Below are positions 48,442-60,384 of a stretch of 64,000 bases of DNA, one piece after another. Position 1 is the stretch's first letter; each line of letters begins with the position of its first letter. Made by a program: the position numbers and the translations under genes. The stretch is from the NCBI GenBank assembly GCA_965649825.1, contig OZ287699.1, positions 124,001 through 188,000 on the forward strand, given 5' to 3'. The notes beneath the pieces are model-generated. The model saw only the letters and a list, made by a program, of their open reading frames with translations. It was not told the DNA's origin and made no database searches. Source of the DNA: Penicillus capitatus. Lineage: Eukaryota > Plantae > Chlorophyta.

Positions 48442-50244
48442 ATGCCGAGTGAGATGCACTCCACTCTGCTCCTGCGGAACGGCCATTCATCGCACTGCAG
48501 TTGTTGTGGGAACCGTCGAAGCCGATACGGCAGGACAGCGCGTCGACCCAGACCATATGGGCGTCTATACTGTACTCCCCTGCTACAGGAGGTCACACTT
48601 TGAGGCTTCTCATTTTTCAGTGGCGTATTGAGCGGTACTCGACGTACGAGACGAAACGCGTTATACACTCGCCGACTTTTGAGAAAGGCGGATTTCAATG
48701 GTACCTCTTTTGAAGGCGCAGAATAAAGGGTAAAAGTGTGAGATGGTGTTAGGCGCCTATGGCTTTTCCCCAAAGGAAGTGTGAATGCGACCGAAGGCGA
48801 CATGTCCATCTTTTTGCATTACATCAAGAAAGACGATGTCTTCAGTGTGCGACCCATCGAACATCCGAGGGCGAAATTCTCGATCAAGATTCGTAATCAG
48901 CTTGAAGGAGAGGACATCCAGCACGAAAGTGTGATCCCGTGCGTTACTCAGCTGTCACATCATCGCTGTGCCCATAGTTTACGATTTCCACTCCTTTGCG
49001 GAGAGCAACGGCGAATGGGGATGGAAAGACTTTGCCGAAATCGACCGGCTGTTCGAAGAAGACAGCGGTCTGGTGGTGGACGACATGCTCAAAGTTGAAT
49101 TGAGTGTGTTCGTGCAGCCGAAGAACATGTCTCTATGGCCAATGGACGATTCGGACGAGCCCAAGACTGTTGCCATTCGTCTCCTCACCGATCATCAGAT
49201 CCGCAGAGAAGTGGGGACAATGTATTTCTCGGGTCTGCCTATGTTTGAAGACGGCAAGACCTATTGCTTCTACGAGCAGATCCGCTACAGCAATTTTGAG
49301 AAACTTGTTGGGCGAGATCTGCACACGGCCGTTGAGGATTTGCGTTTTTGGATGTGCGAGCAGTTACCGAACGGACACATCCGTATCGTGCATAATCTCA
49401 ACGCGGCCAAAGGGAAACTCGATCGCATTGGCGATCTGATCGAACTGAAGAGCGAGTTACTACCGTCCGTTAGCGACGGCGGATCGATAGAGGCAGTGCA
49501 TCTCTACGTCGAGACGCCGAACGAAGATGCCGATGCATTGAAGGATCTCAAAAACGAAACCGATTTTGTGGCTTTCTGCAAATTCTATAATCCATGGAAT
49601 CTAGAGATGTCCTATCTCGGAACCGTCCCTCTGAGAAAGGGATGCAAACCGGCAGAGGTGATCGTCGATGCACGGATGTTAGCCGGCATGAGTGCCAATA
49701 CCGCCGTGTCTGTCTACATCGAAGCGCCGCCGAGTCGGGACACCATTCATGAACTGCGCCTCGAGGACTCTCTCGATGACGTACCTACCCTCTCTGCTGA
49801 TCTCAAAAGAGTGATATTCGATGGGAGTGTGCTACGGTTAGGTGGGTCTTCGGCCTGGATGCACCATCATTGTGCAGCCCAAGGTGGATAAGGCTTACGC
49901 GAAAACGGAAGAAATGCCGCACCCAACGGTGCGAACCTTCTTAAAGGACAACGAGCGTCCTCGTGCATCATCTTCGGAATCATCGCCGCCACTGCCTGTC
50001 CGTACGGAGCCTCAGGACGAAGCATGTGTGATCTGCTTCACTCGACCACGCACCGTTGGCTTCGTGCACGGCGACAGGTATCTGACGATCTCACTCACAC
50101 TTTATGATGTGACGTCCCTGAATGTTACGTAGCTTGCATCGCTGTGTGTGCCAAGAGTGTGCGCCTAAAGTTGTCAAGAACAACACGGGCAACTGCCCCA
50201 TGTGTCGTAGAAAGATTGAGCGTGTGATTCTCAATATCTTTTGA
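48442..50244 (+). CDS. MATH + USP7/UBP12-type C-terminal ubiquitin-like region + Mdm2-type RING, with no USP catalytic domain
   Basis: GVYTWRIERYS...GGFQW...FPKG..MSIFL...WGWKDF...LVVDDMLKVELSV (UBP12-like MATH), directly followed by AIRLLTDHQIRREVG, LRFW, LYVE, FCKFYNP..MSYLG, AGMSAN, GCTIIVQ, then CVIC..HGDSLHRCVCQEC..CPMC..VILNIF-stop. Confidence 0.85.
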
Positions 50245-51479
50245 GATGCTCACCAAGAGTGTGACATGTATATCATGGGCGGGTGACATATCAAAGTGGC
50301 GCAGTCAGCTCCTTTCGCATAAAGATGGATAGACACATCATCCGTCTATCTATCAACCGTGTTGCTCGATCTTGTGTAATAGGTGTTGTATCTGATGGGA
50401 TAAGACAGGCTGGCCTTTTCTGGTCTTCCATTGCAGCTTGGCACCATTTCGTCTCTCTCTGATCTGTGAGGATGTCACATCGCTTTGTTGACAGACGTCA
50501 CATCAGATTTGTTTCTTACTCTTTCTCGTTGCCGTTGTCGTCGTTGACTCTAGTCGAGCTGCCGTTTCTGGACAGAACGACGACGTCGTTTGAGGAAAGG
50601 CAAACGTCACATCAAGACGATACCGCTTCCGCTTGAGCGTGACGGCGTTGCTTAGCGGATTGGGCCTTGGCGGCTGCAACTTCGAGCGCTACATCTTTCT
50701 TGACCTTTCGTCTACCTCTTCTTCGCTTCTAGTACTTTACGGATTCGTCGTTTCGCGAGGAATTGCTGTGGTGACTGACCTTGTTGGTCGGAGACGATCC
50801 CGTCGTTGTTGTGCCCATAGCGCTGCAAATACGATGCGTTCAAATGACAGGACACGAAGTGACGTGCTCGAGTACTGGAGAAACGCCTTTGGATTCTGGT
50901 GCCGCCTTGTCCAGAGACGCAACCCGCCACTTACTTTATCCGATATGAGCACTTAACAACGCGCAGCCATTTCTCAAAGAATCTATTGCTCGTCCTAAAC
51001 GATCAAGTGAGTCAAAAGCAAGCAGTCTTTAACAGATGGCTGGTTGTTCTTCAAATGACGGACGAATTCTGCCGCCGAAGAGAATGGCGTTCGATTGGCA
51101 CGACGGCATCGCTCAGTATATAGGTCGGCATTTCGCAACAGAGATCAAACACATTTCTGCTACTCCTTCACACGTAAGTGACGGAATCATCCAAAACAGC
51201 ACAACGCGTTAAAAGAATCATCCGTTATTGTCAGTGCTACAGCGACGTACGCAAAAGCAGCCGCCGTTTGCTGAGGCTGCAATATTGAGAGGCGCTTGAC
51301 AAGACGTTACGTCAAACGAAGTGCACTTCAATGACTACACGACTGACGACGGCGCATCCGAGGTTCTATTCCATTAGAGTCTTACGGCCTTAAGCGACAT
51401 CCGAGGCAGGTCGAATACAAGAGCAGCTCCTTTTCTCCCTTCCCCATCCATATCACAAACCGCCTAACTCACAAGGACG

Positions 51480-52039
51480 ATGGAGTACGATGGTCGGCAT
51501 CGTTGCCTGCGCGTGACCTTGGTCATTATGTCCTCCATACTCGGCGTGTTTCTGATTTTCTCAATCGGCTTCGGCGTCGCCTCCGGTGGAGATGGCTGCG
51601 CGTGCAACGACGACAAATGCTGCGTCGTGAGTGCGCACTGGTGTGGCGATCAATGCTACTGCAAAGCTGGAAGAGACACGTACGTCTACGACGAAGACGA
51701 CGACGATATGTGGAAAGGCTACTGCGATGAGAGGAGTTCGACGTACGGCGCTTACGTTGCCTTCTTGGTGCTCACGATTATTACCGGGATAGCGACGGCG
51801 ATTATTGGTTGCTGTATGTGCTGTCCTTGTTGCCAGTCGTCTAGAGTGATCGTTTCGCGTAAGATGGCAGTCAGGAGTATTGGAATGCGTTGAGCTGTTT
51901 GTATGTGGCAGATCGTGTTCCAGGAGAATTCTCGACGCCAGTTTCTGGTAATCAGCAGCCGACACAGTATGGCTATCCTGTTTCGGCAGTGCCGCATCCG
52001 TCGAACTCGGATTTCTACGAACGAACGCTGAAGGTCTGA
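51480..52039 (+). CDS. Small two-TM protein with a Cys-rich loop, juxtamembrane CCMCCPCC and a Pro/Tyr-rich tail
   Basis: ORF 51480-51893 spliced at gtaag...ggcag into HRVPGEFSTPVSGNQQPTQYGYPVSAVPHPSNSDFYERTLKV-stop. Confidence 0.75.
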
Positions 52040-52250
52040 AGATCGTTGCCGATCGATTATTGACTGTTTTCGACGCTGAAACGGTTGTCGGTCATACCTG
52101 AATTCAGAAATGCTTTTTCGCTGAAGTGGTTTACTCGGCAAACGGAATAGAGAATAAGGTGGAGGACATTCGTAGGCGATTTCAGTGGTTTTGATCTCTC
52201 CCTATGAGCAGCTTTGTTAATGAACACATTTAAGTTCTTAATGAAATCAT

Positions 52251-53100
52251 CTAAAAAACTGCTATGGAGCAGCAAGCGATCTTTTCGAGGAGGTAACCGA
52301 TCGTTAAAACAACAGGATCATTGAGATGTACAGGTCGTGACAAGGCCGAACGTGCAGAGAACGGCGTCTTTGTGAACTCCAGCGAGACAAAATGCGGCAT
52401 CATGCGAGTTGATGTGACGTGCGGCGCTGGCAACCAATGAGAATTCGGGCGTGATGTGACGTCCCAATTCTGTCGCTTCGCAACGAAAGCGACTGGCGCG
52501 AGCATCTCTGCAACCTTCGGGCTGTACACACCATCTGGGACAGGGTTCTGTGGCGGGCGGGACTCGGTGGAACTGTCGTTTCGATGAGAGCGAGCTTGGG
52601 AAAGAAGTTCGTACGAAATGTCATCCAAGTGTCGTACAAGGAGCTCCGTCTCTTTGCCCTCGTTCGCTTAAGCAAAAATAGTGCTAGACTCGCGAGACGG
52701 CGGCGAATTTTTTGGCGTTGCCGGTTCGGGAGAATTCGTCCTCGTGGAGACGCTAGTTTGAAAAAACACGTACTCTCTACAAATCGGTGATGTGACGTTT
52801 GGTGCTCTCGCCGACCTGCGAATCTGGGACTTCTTCTCTGGAGTGATTTTCTCTTCAGCGACGCCTCTGGCGATCCATCCGACCTTGTGCCGTCCACGAG
52901 GACTTTAGATGCCAAACGCTGACTGGCCACTATAGATCATCTCTAGGTCTGTCGTCAACTTTCGGCAGTAATGCTTCCGCACAGGGAAGCTTCTGCATAA
53001 AGGCAGCACACTTGCCTGCACACGTATTATTTTCTCCGAGACGACTCGAATGCCGGCGTCGTCTATGACGAGATATTCACAAAGTACTAATACAATCAAC
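52251..53100 (-). CDS. Possible small spliced gene of unknown function
   Basis: Short open frames with plausible GT-AG boundaries on the minus strand (e.g. EEKITPEKKSQIR|EYVFFQT..., SSTESRPPQNPVPDGVYSPK); no homology recognised. Confidence 0.3.
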
Positions 53101-53348
53101 TGCTGGTGTACGGAGTGTCATAGTTTTGGTGGACAAGTTCGGGCAGGTCGTGCATTCGTTCTTATTGTCACATGCAAACAGACGTCGTTATTGGATCGTC
53201 ATAAACTGGACAGCGGGTTCCAAAACGAAAGGTCTGCCATCAGCAAACCTTGTCTGTAGCAGCGTCAAAGGAAGGAAAAAGAGCGGAACACAGTGAGTGT
53301 CCAGTCACGTTCCACTTACTCCGTCACCCTATCAACTACAGTGCAGGT

Positions 53349-55139
53349 CTACCCCCAAACATTTGTTGACACGAATCCCCAGGTAATACACGAAGCTTGA
53401 GTAGTGAGAGTGGGTGATGTCGGTTGAGTCAAAAGTAGGTGATGATTACGGACGGCATCCATTTCGGATGCGCCGTTCAGGCAACTGGAATCCTTTGTAC
53501 GGAGTAACTTGCAGCAGTCAAGGCAGACGCGTCTGTGCGATCTACAGTCGACAACCTTAGACAAGAAGAGGAGTGTGGCCAGCAGACGCACCGTCTTCTG
53601 AGAAGGAAACCAGATGTCTGTTTGTTTGTAAGACAGATGGCCTTCTTCCTCGCCGTCGTGCGACTTTGACATTTGCGCCGCCACAGGCGACGCGGACTGT
53701 CGTGGACTGTCTTCCTCGGCGATGGAATTTTCTTTGCGATTCTTGAACGAAATGCGCGCGGCAAAAGTGATCCACTCGTCATCCAGGAAGCCAAGTGCGG
53801 GATCACTGAGATCAGTCATGTCCACAAAACTCGGCCAGCCTCTGCTGGAAGCACCCGGGGTGAACTTGTGTGCGAGCTCTTCACCATCGGCATTTTGAGA
53901 TGTCAGTGGGGCAAAGGAGAAGGCAGACCTTTGGTCACACATTGTGTCTCGTCCAGGTGGTTAACAAGAGTGACGCTGAAGACAATCTTAGCGGTGCTGT
54001 GGCTGGAGCACACGAGAAAGATGCCCCATCTGTCGTCTCCTGTGATGGATGTCGTACGCTTGAGCTTCAGATTCCTGCGCAACGACACATACACCATTGC
54101 TCAGTCGGAAAGCGGGAGCGCAACGAGCGATCACACCAAGTCGAGTCTGCCATTCTGATATCGCCAGATATGATATCCGAGAAACCGATCTCTCTCAGGC
54201 GACGCAGTTTCCACTAAAAACAGTCCTCAGTACACGAGTGTGGCCTCATCGAGAGGTAAACTGTGGCTGTGTAGGATCCGGCGGTGCAAAAGACGAGGTT
54301 CTGGTATTCGGGCGGAATGATGCCGATGTTCAGCACGACGATCAGGCAGTTCTCCAGTAGGTAGCCTGCCTCGGGATCGCCGACGTCCGCGGCAGAGATG
54401 ACGTCGCAATGACCCCAGGTACCGCCCGGTCTAAGCGTCTTTCGCCATCCTTCCAGAAATGGATACGTCGTAGACGGCGAGGTACGAAAGAGTGAGTGGC
54501 TACCCACCTCGCGTCACACTTTTCGTCGAGTCCGAAGGATTGATGAGTTTGAATTTGTAGTGGACGTCCACGGGCTCTCCGCTGCCGACCAGTGCCAAGA
54601 ACAGACAGATTTCCCCCTGTCTGTTCTTCACCCTGAGCCTCCTGTCGAAGACATCGGAATGGGCTTCAGGGAGATGGAGAAAGGCGTCGGCCCGTACCAC
54701 TTACGTCCGGCGACGGTGAACAGGCCGGACTGGAATTCCTCAACGTTTGCGTCTAAGAAGTCTCTATGAATTCGACACTGCCGCCGCGAATGCCGTGTTC
54801 GCGTCCCCCGACTGATGGTTAGCTCACTTCGTATCGGCCGGACCGGTTGTCTGTCAGAAGGCTGCAGGAATAGTTCACGCCGCTGCTTGTGCCCGTTCCG
54901 TTGCTTCTCTTTCGCGCTCCCTCCGCCTTCGCTATGTTACTCTCCTCCGCCTTCTTCAAGGAGAAGTCTTCAGGCTGCAGCAGTACGGGTGCCGTTTGCT
55001 TACCACTTTAGGGCGTTGTATGCAAGCGTTGCCCATATGGAAACAGTACGAAGAAGTTCTGTAAGCAATTCAACAAATGGCACGCGTTTCCGCGTCGTTG
55101 CAATAGTCGGCGATGTCTCTCGTTCGACGAACTAACCAT
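53349..55139 (-). CDS. MATH-MATH protein whose terminal RING is frameshifted and degenerate; start approximate
   Basis: SSGVNYSC, CRIHRDFLDANVEEFQSGLFTVAGRKW, HKFTPGASSRGWPSFV..LSDPALGFLDDEWITF. A RING remnant AICLTNKQTSGFLLRRRSHRRVCLDCCK..SSCLNG lies out of frame with the second MATH domain. Confidence 0.75.
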
Positions 55140-55603
55140 CAATTTCTCTACAGAAGCCGTAATGACCGCGTTTCGATTATGAGGCGAGGACGGCGACGTG
55201 TCTCATGCTTTCCTGTAGAGACAGACAGATGTGACTAAAACGCGCGCGACGCAGTTGCCCGCGCCGCTGTCGCTGTCAGACAGAAGCTGTCCATCCAGTG
55301 AAGCCATCTGCGTCATACTTGAGCTGCGGAATTGACGCTTAGCGCGCAGGAGCAGCGACTGATCTGACGGTATCGGAGACAGCAAGAGCGGCCACTTGTC
55401 AAACGTCCAGGAACGGCCCCGAGAGCAAGAACAGACGACGCGATATAGGTACCAGCGTAAGTAGATGGCACAGTCGTCCATGGAGTTCGCCACAACGCAC
55501 AGAGAATCACGGGGCTGACGACACGGACCTTTTCCGGCATATGCGACAGTGGTGACGTCGCTGCATCAGAACAGGCGCTCAGTCACGGGCAATAGTCCGT
55601 TCG

Positions 55604-55760
55604 CCATGCACCAACGGCGCTTATTCGTCCAAACACCGTGACGCCTTACTCGACGGACTTGCCACAGAGGAATCCTGACCTGGCACGGAGAAGTGTAAAC
55701 AAGCCGGTTGACCTCTCACTCTTGACCGAATCGGAATGGATCTTGCGGTTTAAAGCCCCT
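55604..55760. repeat. Diverged duplicate of 61968-62125
   Basis: Shared gcaNcaacggcgctt.ttcgtccaaac..gacttgccacagaggaat..tgacctggcacgga..accgaatcggaatgg. Confidence 0.85.
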
Positions 55761-56797
55761 ATCGGTGTGTCTGTACGTTCCTCATGCCGACGGTGCCTCC
55801 CTTTCTCCATCAAGCCACTATTCACGGCACAGGGCCGGAGCGACGTTTGACTGAGCGTCGCGCCTCGGTCGCGAGAAGTATGAGTCCGTCACCGAACAAA
55901 CCAACCCACTTTCAACACCATCCGTCAACAGCATTCGGATGCTGTACGTATCTCGAATTGTCGCGGTCCATACCACTAGCATCCTCGCTTTCACGCAGCG
56001 ACTGACTAGATCGATTGACAGCGCTCGTCACTGTTTCTTCGGAAACTTTGTTACGTTCAGCTGAGTTACTTCTTCTGGTGTCTAGCTTTACCGAGATGCG
56101 TGTGTTCGGCTTCTCCGGTGGCATTCACGGCACGTTCGCTTTTAGCGGTGAGCGGTCTGAAAGGACCCGTCTGACGCAAAGAAAGGCGGAAACTCGATTC
56201 GAGTGAGATACCGACGACTGTTCTGTCATTGAGCTTCTCGGAGATCGCCCTTCGTGCATCGACCGACGAGGCAGTTCTACCAAGTGCAAATTGCGCAGCA
56301 CACACACAGCCGTCTCCGCTGCCGTGAGCGCACTCCGTCGAACGCGGACTGAGTCTTCTGCCTTTTTTCCTAGCGAATGAAGCGAACGGGTTAGTAGAAT
56401 GTGAACAGCATCTCCCGTGCCGCTATCTGCCGAAAAGTCACTGTGCAGCTCTCGTTCGTCGACGGAGACGCTCTCGCGAGTCCTGGACAGAGAACGGAGA
56501 CGGACGATGGCGATCTTGCACGTATGTTTGTATTCCGCCTCTGATCGACGAGCAATGACGCAAAGACCGCGGCAGCTGCGTCTAAACGCGGAATCGCTTC
56601 GAAGCCGTGGTCGAGAGTCTTTGCGCCTGTCGATCTTGAGGAAGTTTCTAAAGCTCGTTTTGAATGGCTTGTTCTTTCTGGAAATACAGTGCGTAAGAAG
56701 GACACAAAGAACGCCGACGAAGGCGACATTTGGTGCCGAGACTGGAACGTGTGGCCAAAATTGGAGCTGGTACGTGCTACGGTGCGACTGACTGAGT

Positions 56798-59503
56798 CTA
56801 AGAAGCCAGGAGATTAACAAGATCTTCGAGTCTGCACAGCACAGCTGGATCCGTGGAACAGACGAGGTCCAGAGGGGTCTTCCCGTTCTCGTCCCGTCTC
56901 GTCTTTGATGCTCCGATGGCGATGAGGACCTGAGCCATACGGTCAGAATCGATAAGAGGCGGCGCGTGACGGACTTTGGCGGTGTTCAGATTCTTCCACT
57001 GCGCTGCACAGTGGAGCGGGGTCCTCCCCACAACGTCCACGGCTTCTAAGTTGGCTCCCCTCCCCAAGAGAATCTGCGAAACGGGCTCAGAACAGAAAAC
57101 CAGAGGCCAGTCGCGAGTCACCTTCGCCATCTCGGCCTGTCCGCTGGCTGAGGCATAGTGAAGTGGCGTCCACAGGTATGTCGTGCTCGGGGCGTCCACC
57201 TTGGCTCCGCCTTCCAACAGGATCTGTCGATCCAACGGCAATTCGGCCAAACCACGGAGCGATTCTGCGGTACGTACCTCTGCGACGTCGACATGTCCGG
57301 TCATTGCTGCATAGTGGAGTGGGGTTAGTCCGTTCACCTTGGCGGCCTTTGGGTTCGCCCCGTGTTCGATCAGCTCCTTAACACCACACGAAGATCGAGA
57401 TGTCGTCCGACGCACTCTCCCGGGTCACCCGTGCGATGGCGGCGGATCCTGTCACGGCGGCAACGTGAAGCGGCGTCTCGCCTTCGACGCTCCTCGGATT
57501 AGTGTTGGCCGAGTGCGCCATCAACACCTTGGCGCACTTAACAGCGTCGAATGCGGCTGTCCAGTGCAGAAGCGTAGAGCCATCGCGCAGAAGGCGTTTG
57601 TTCATGCCTTCTTCGTGGAGTATCGTGTTCGGATCCAGTCCTGTGCCGAGAATCCATTCAACGGTCGCCTCGTCATCTCGCTTTATGGCTGCTGCCATCA
57701 CCTAGACATCAGGTCCGTCCGACGATGAGCAGACACGGAACCGGCGTATTCCTACGAGAAGCAACGTATCTGTGCTGTCGAGGTGTGACCTGCTGTCCTT
57801 CAGTTCTTCTTGGCTGTATTTGGACAGAATAGTGCCCATAGGCATTGTCTGCGGAACTGGTTGTTCGGCCTTCTTGGCCGCTTCCGGTGACGGCGTCGCT
57901 ATCGGCTTCTCACTCTTTTCTGTGGTCTTGGTCTTCTCTACCGGTGACGGTGTCGCTATCGGCTTCTCACTCTTTTCTGTGGTCTTGGTCTGGTCTACCG
58001 GAGACGGTGTTACTATCGGCTTCTCACTCTTTTCTGTGGTCTTGGTCTGGTCTACCGGAGACGGTGTTACTATCGGCTTCTCACTCTTTTCTGTGGTCTT
58101 GGCCTGTTCCGGAGCGGACACCTCTTCAGTCTGCTTCTCGCTCTTCTCTGACGCTGTAGGTTCTTCTTTTGCTACTCCAACCTACATTTCACGAAATTCT
58201 CTTTCCAGTCAAATTAAGCGTCAGCTATATCCAAGAAGAAAAATGCCACATATGACAACAACACACGGGAACTGCGTTTTCAAGGATTCTACTTGAGTGC
58301 CTGCCGCTGGTTTTTCCTGATCCTTTTGGTCATGAGGTTCTTTCTTGGGCTCGGCCTTCGGCACAAACATGCAGCGACTCGGTTTCGTTTTGCCTCCAAT
58401 CGTTTTCATGATCCAGGTCCTGAAGAAGGAAACACTGGTGTACACAGCACAAGTCTTGCCCTCTGAATCGGAAGTGCTGAAGGACATGAAACCGATCAGC
58501 AGATCCTCGCTGGGATTTCCTTTCGCCAGCTTGCCCTTCGGCCGATCGGCCAGCAAAACAGGACTTCCCTTTTCCCCTAGAAAGCGCAAGCGTCGAAGCC
58601 TGAACAGAAGAAGCGACCTTCAGCTTCTCAGCCCACCTGTCCAGTTGTCGGTCTCTCCGCCGTCGATGCACAGCCAACTTCTCTTGGATACGATCTGCGG
58701 GTACTTCTGACAGGCGTCGTTGTTGCGGTTCTTGACCTCGCAGCTGCAGCAGCCACACTTGCGCGAAGATTTGCCCTCGGCGACCCAGCGAGACAGCGGA
58801 ACGTCCATGGTTGCGCCTTCGAACATCCATTCGCGGAAGAACCGCGGAATGGGGTAGTTCGCATTGCGGTCCAGCTTCAACATTGCGACGTTGGACCCAT
58901 AGGCGGCGTCGCCGAACCAATCCTCATGCAGGTAGGCATCGACGACGTGGAAAACCTGCACGATCGGTCGGATCTTTGTGCGAGAGGTCGCTTTCAAGGG
59001 AAACTGCTCACCTGCTCCTCGGCCGGTGCGTTGGCGACGGGACTGCTGCAGTAGATGAGGGGGTAGCAGCCGGCGGAGTCGTCGCTGTTAGGGTCGACGC
59101 AGTGCACCGTCGTCAGAAGCCATTTACGGTGGACAAGGGTGGCCGTACAAAGGTGTTTTCGCGTTCCCGCCTTCCGGACGCTGCATACGTACGGGAATCT
59201 GCTTTCGCCTGCGCGCTTGCCTTGAGGGCGACAGTGACGGTTCGTCGCGTTGGCCTCGAGACCTCGAGGGCACAGGGATGCGACTTTCTGTTCGGCGACA
59301 CCTGTCAATAACGGGTTCAGGTCGCCGTAATCTACAGCACGACGACCATTTTCCGTCGGACGGATGTTGGCACGGGTCGCACCTGAGCTGCCGTATGAAG
59401 GATTAGGTGCGAACAGCAGCAGCGTCAGCCACAGCCTTGTCAGCAGTGACTCCACCTTTCCCGAGAGGAGCTGACGTCTGCTTGGGGAAGAACGTTCGGA
59501 CAT
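56798..59503 (-). CDS. Trypsin-like pseudo-protease + Thr/Pro/Lys repeat linker + ankyrin repeats (one gene if the predicted introns are right)
   Basis: RFPYVCSVR..HLCTATLVHRKWLLTTVHC, GSNVAMLKL, GEKGSP, YTSVSFFRTWI; 19-aa repeats; about six ankyrin repeats (GETPLHVAA, GLTPLHYAA, WTPLHYAS, GRTPLHCAA, GKTPLDL). In-frame introns: linker to ankyrin (54 nt) and protease to linker (about 109 nt). Confidence 0.75.
57880..58101 (-). repeat. 57-bp coding tandem repeat, about four copies (KTTEKSEKPIVTPSPVDQT)
   Basis: atcggcttctcactcttttctgtggtcttgg recurs at 57901, 57958, 58015 and 58072. Confidence 0.95.
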
Positions 59504-60384
59504 GGCTTGACTGCTTGCTACGTGAAATGAACTTCGGAATCGAGGCGCAAATGGGTGGACCCTGAGCCATCTCCTAATTTTAGACTTTCAATTTGATCAA
59601 TGCAACACTGTCCTCCTCTCTGAAGACTACAGAGGCACTGTCCTGGTTCCAGATTTTTCATCGATGCATATCCGTGGCACTCGGACACTTTCATTCGATG
59701 CAAGAACGGACGACCTGTTTTCTGCCTCCGTCTGAAGTCCAAGTTCCGTTGACGGATGACCGACTGACTGACGAGACGCTGCTGGAGACAGAGATGCTGT
59801 TTCTGCAGCTCCTTCACTCTCTGTTCTGCATCTTCGTTCCAATGCTCTCTCCAGACTGGAATGTTAGATCAGAGGAGCCGTCTCGCTGCTGCCTGAAGTG
59901 AGATTGGTACCAGACAGTCACATACAATGCGAAACAAGAAGTCAGAGAATACGTCGATCTGCCGGACGGCAAACACTGCACACTCTCCGCGGCGCATCTG
60001 GAGCAAAAGGATCTGCTGGGGCGCATATGCATGACAGACCTTACCTACCTGCCAGCCTTGCTTTATAAACGCGGCCTGCGATTCAGCGAGATACATCCGT
60101 ATCGTTCTCACTGCCACGGCCAAACACCGATACCTTTTGACCATCGCCGTGCCCTCTTTACGACTGCGGCTTCCGAAGAGGAGGGAAACACAGCTGTCCC
60201 ATCAGCCAGCAGAAGTTCGACCTAATTCATCCCAGCAGAAGGCAGTTCGTTCTTGCTCCTGCGCGTCTTCCGCTAAGACAGAGTTGATTACTTCGTCTAA
60301 CTTGTCCATCGTCACTAAGCCCCTGATCTGCGACCCAGACCTTGTTACTTCATATGAATCCGACCGCAGATCCAACTCCTCGCA

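Noticed and set aside
50290-50304. atcaaagtggcgcag resembles the 5' end of tRNA-iMet
   Set aside because: No anticodon arm, T-loop or acceptor complement follows.
57880-58101. 57-bp repeats as a standalone minisatellite or array
   Set aside because: They lie in an open frame that splices into the ankyrin exons, so they are a coding linker.
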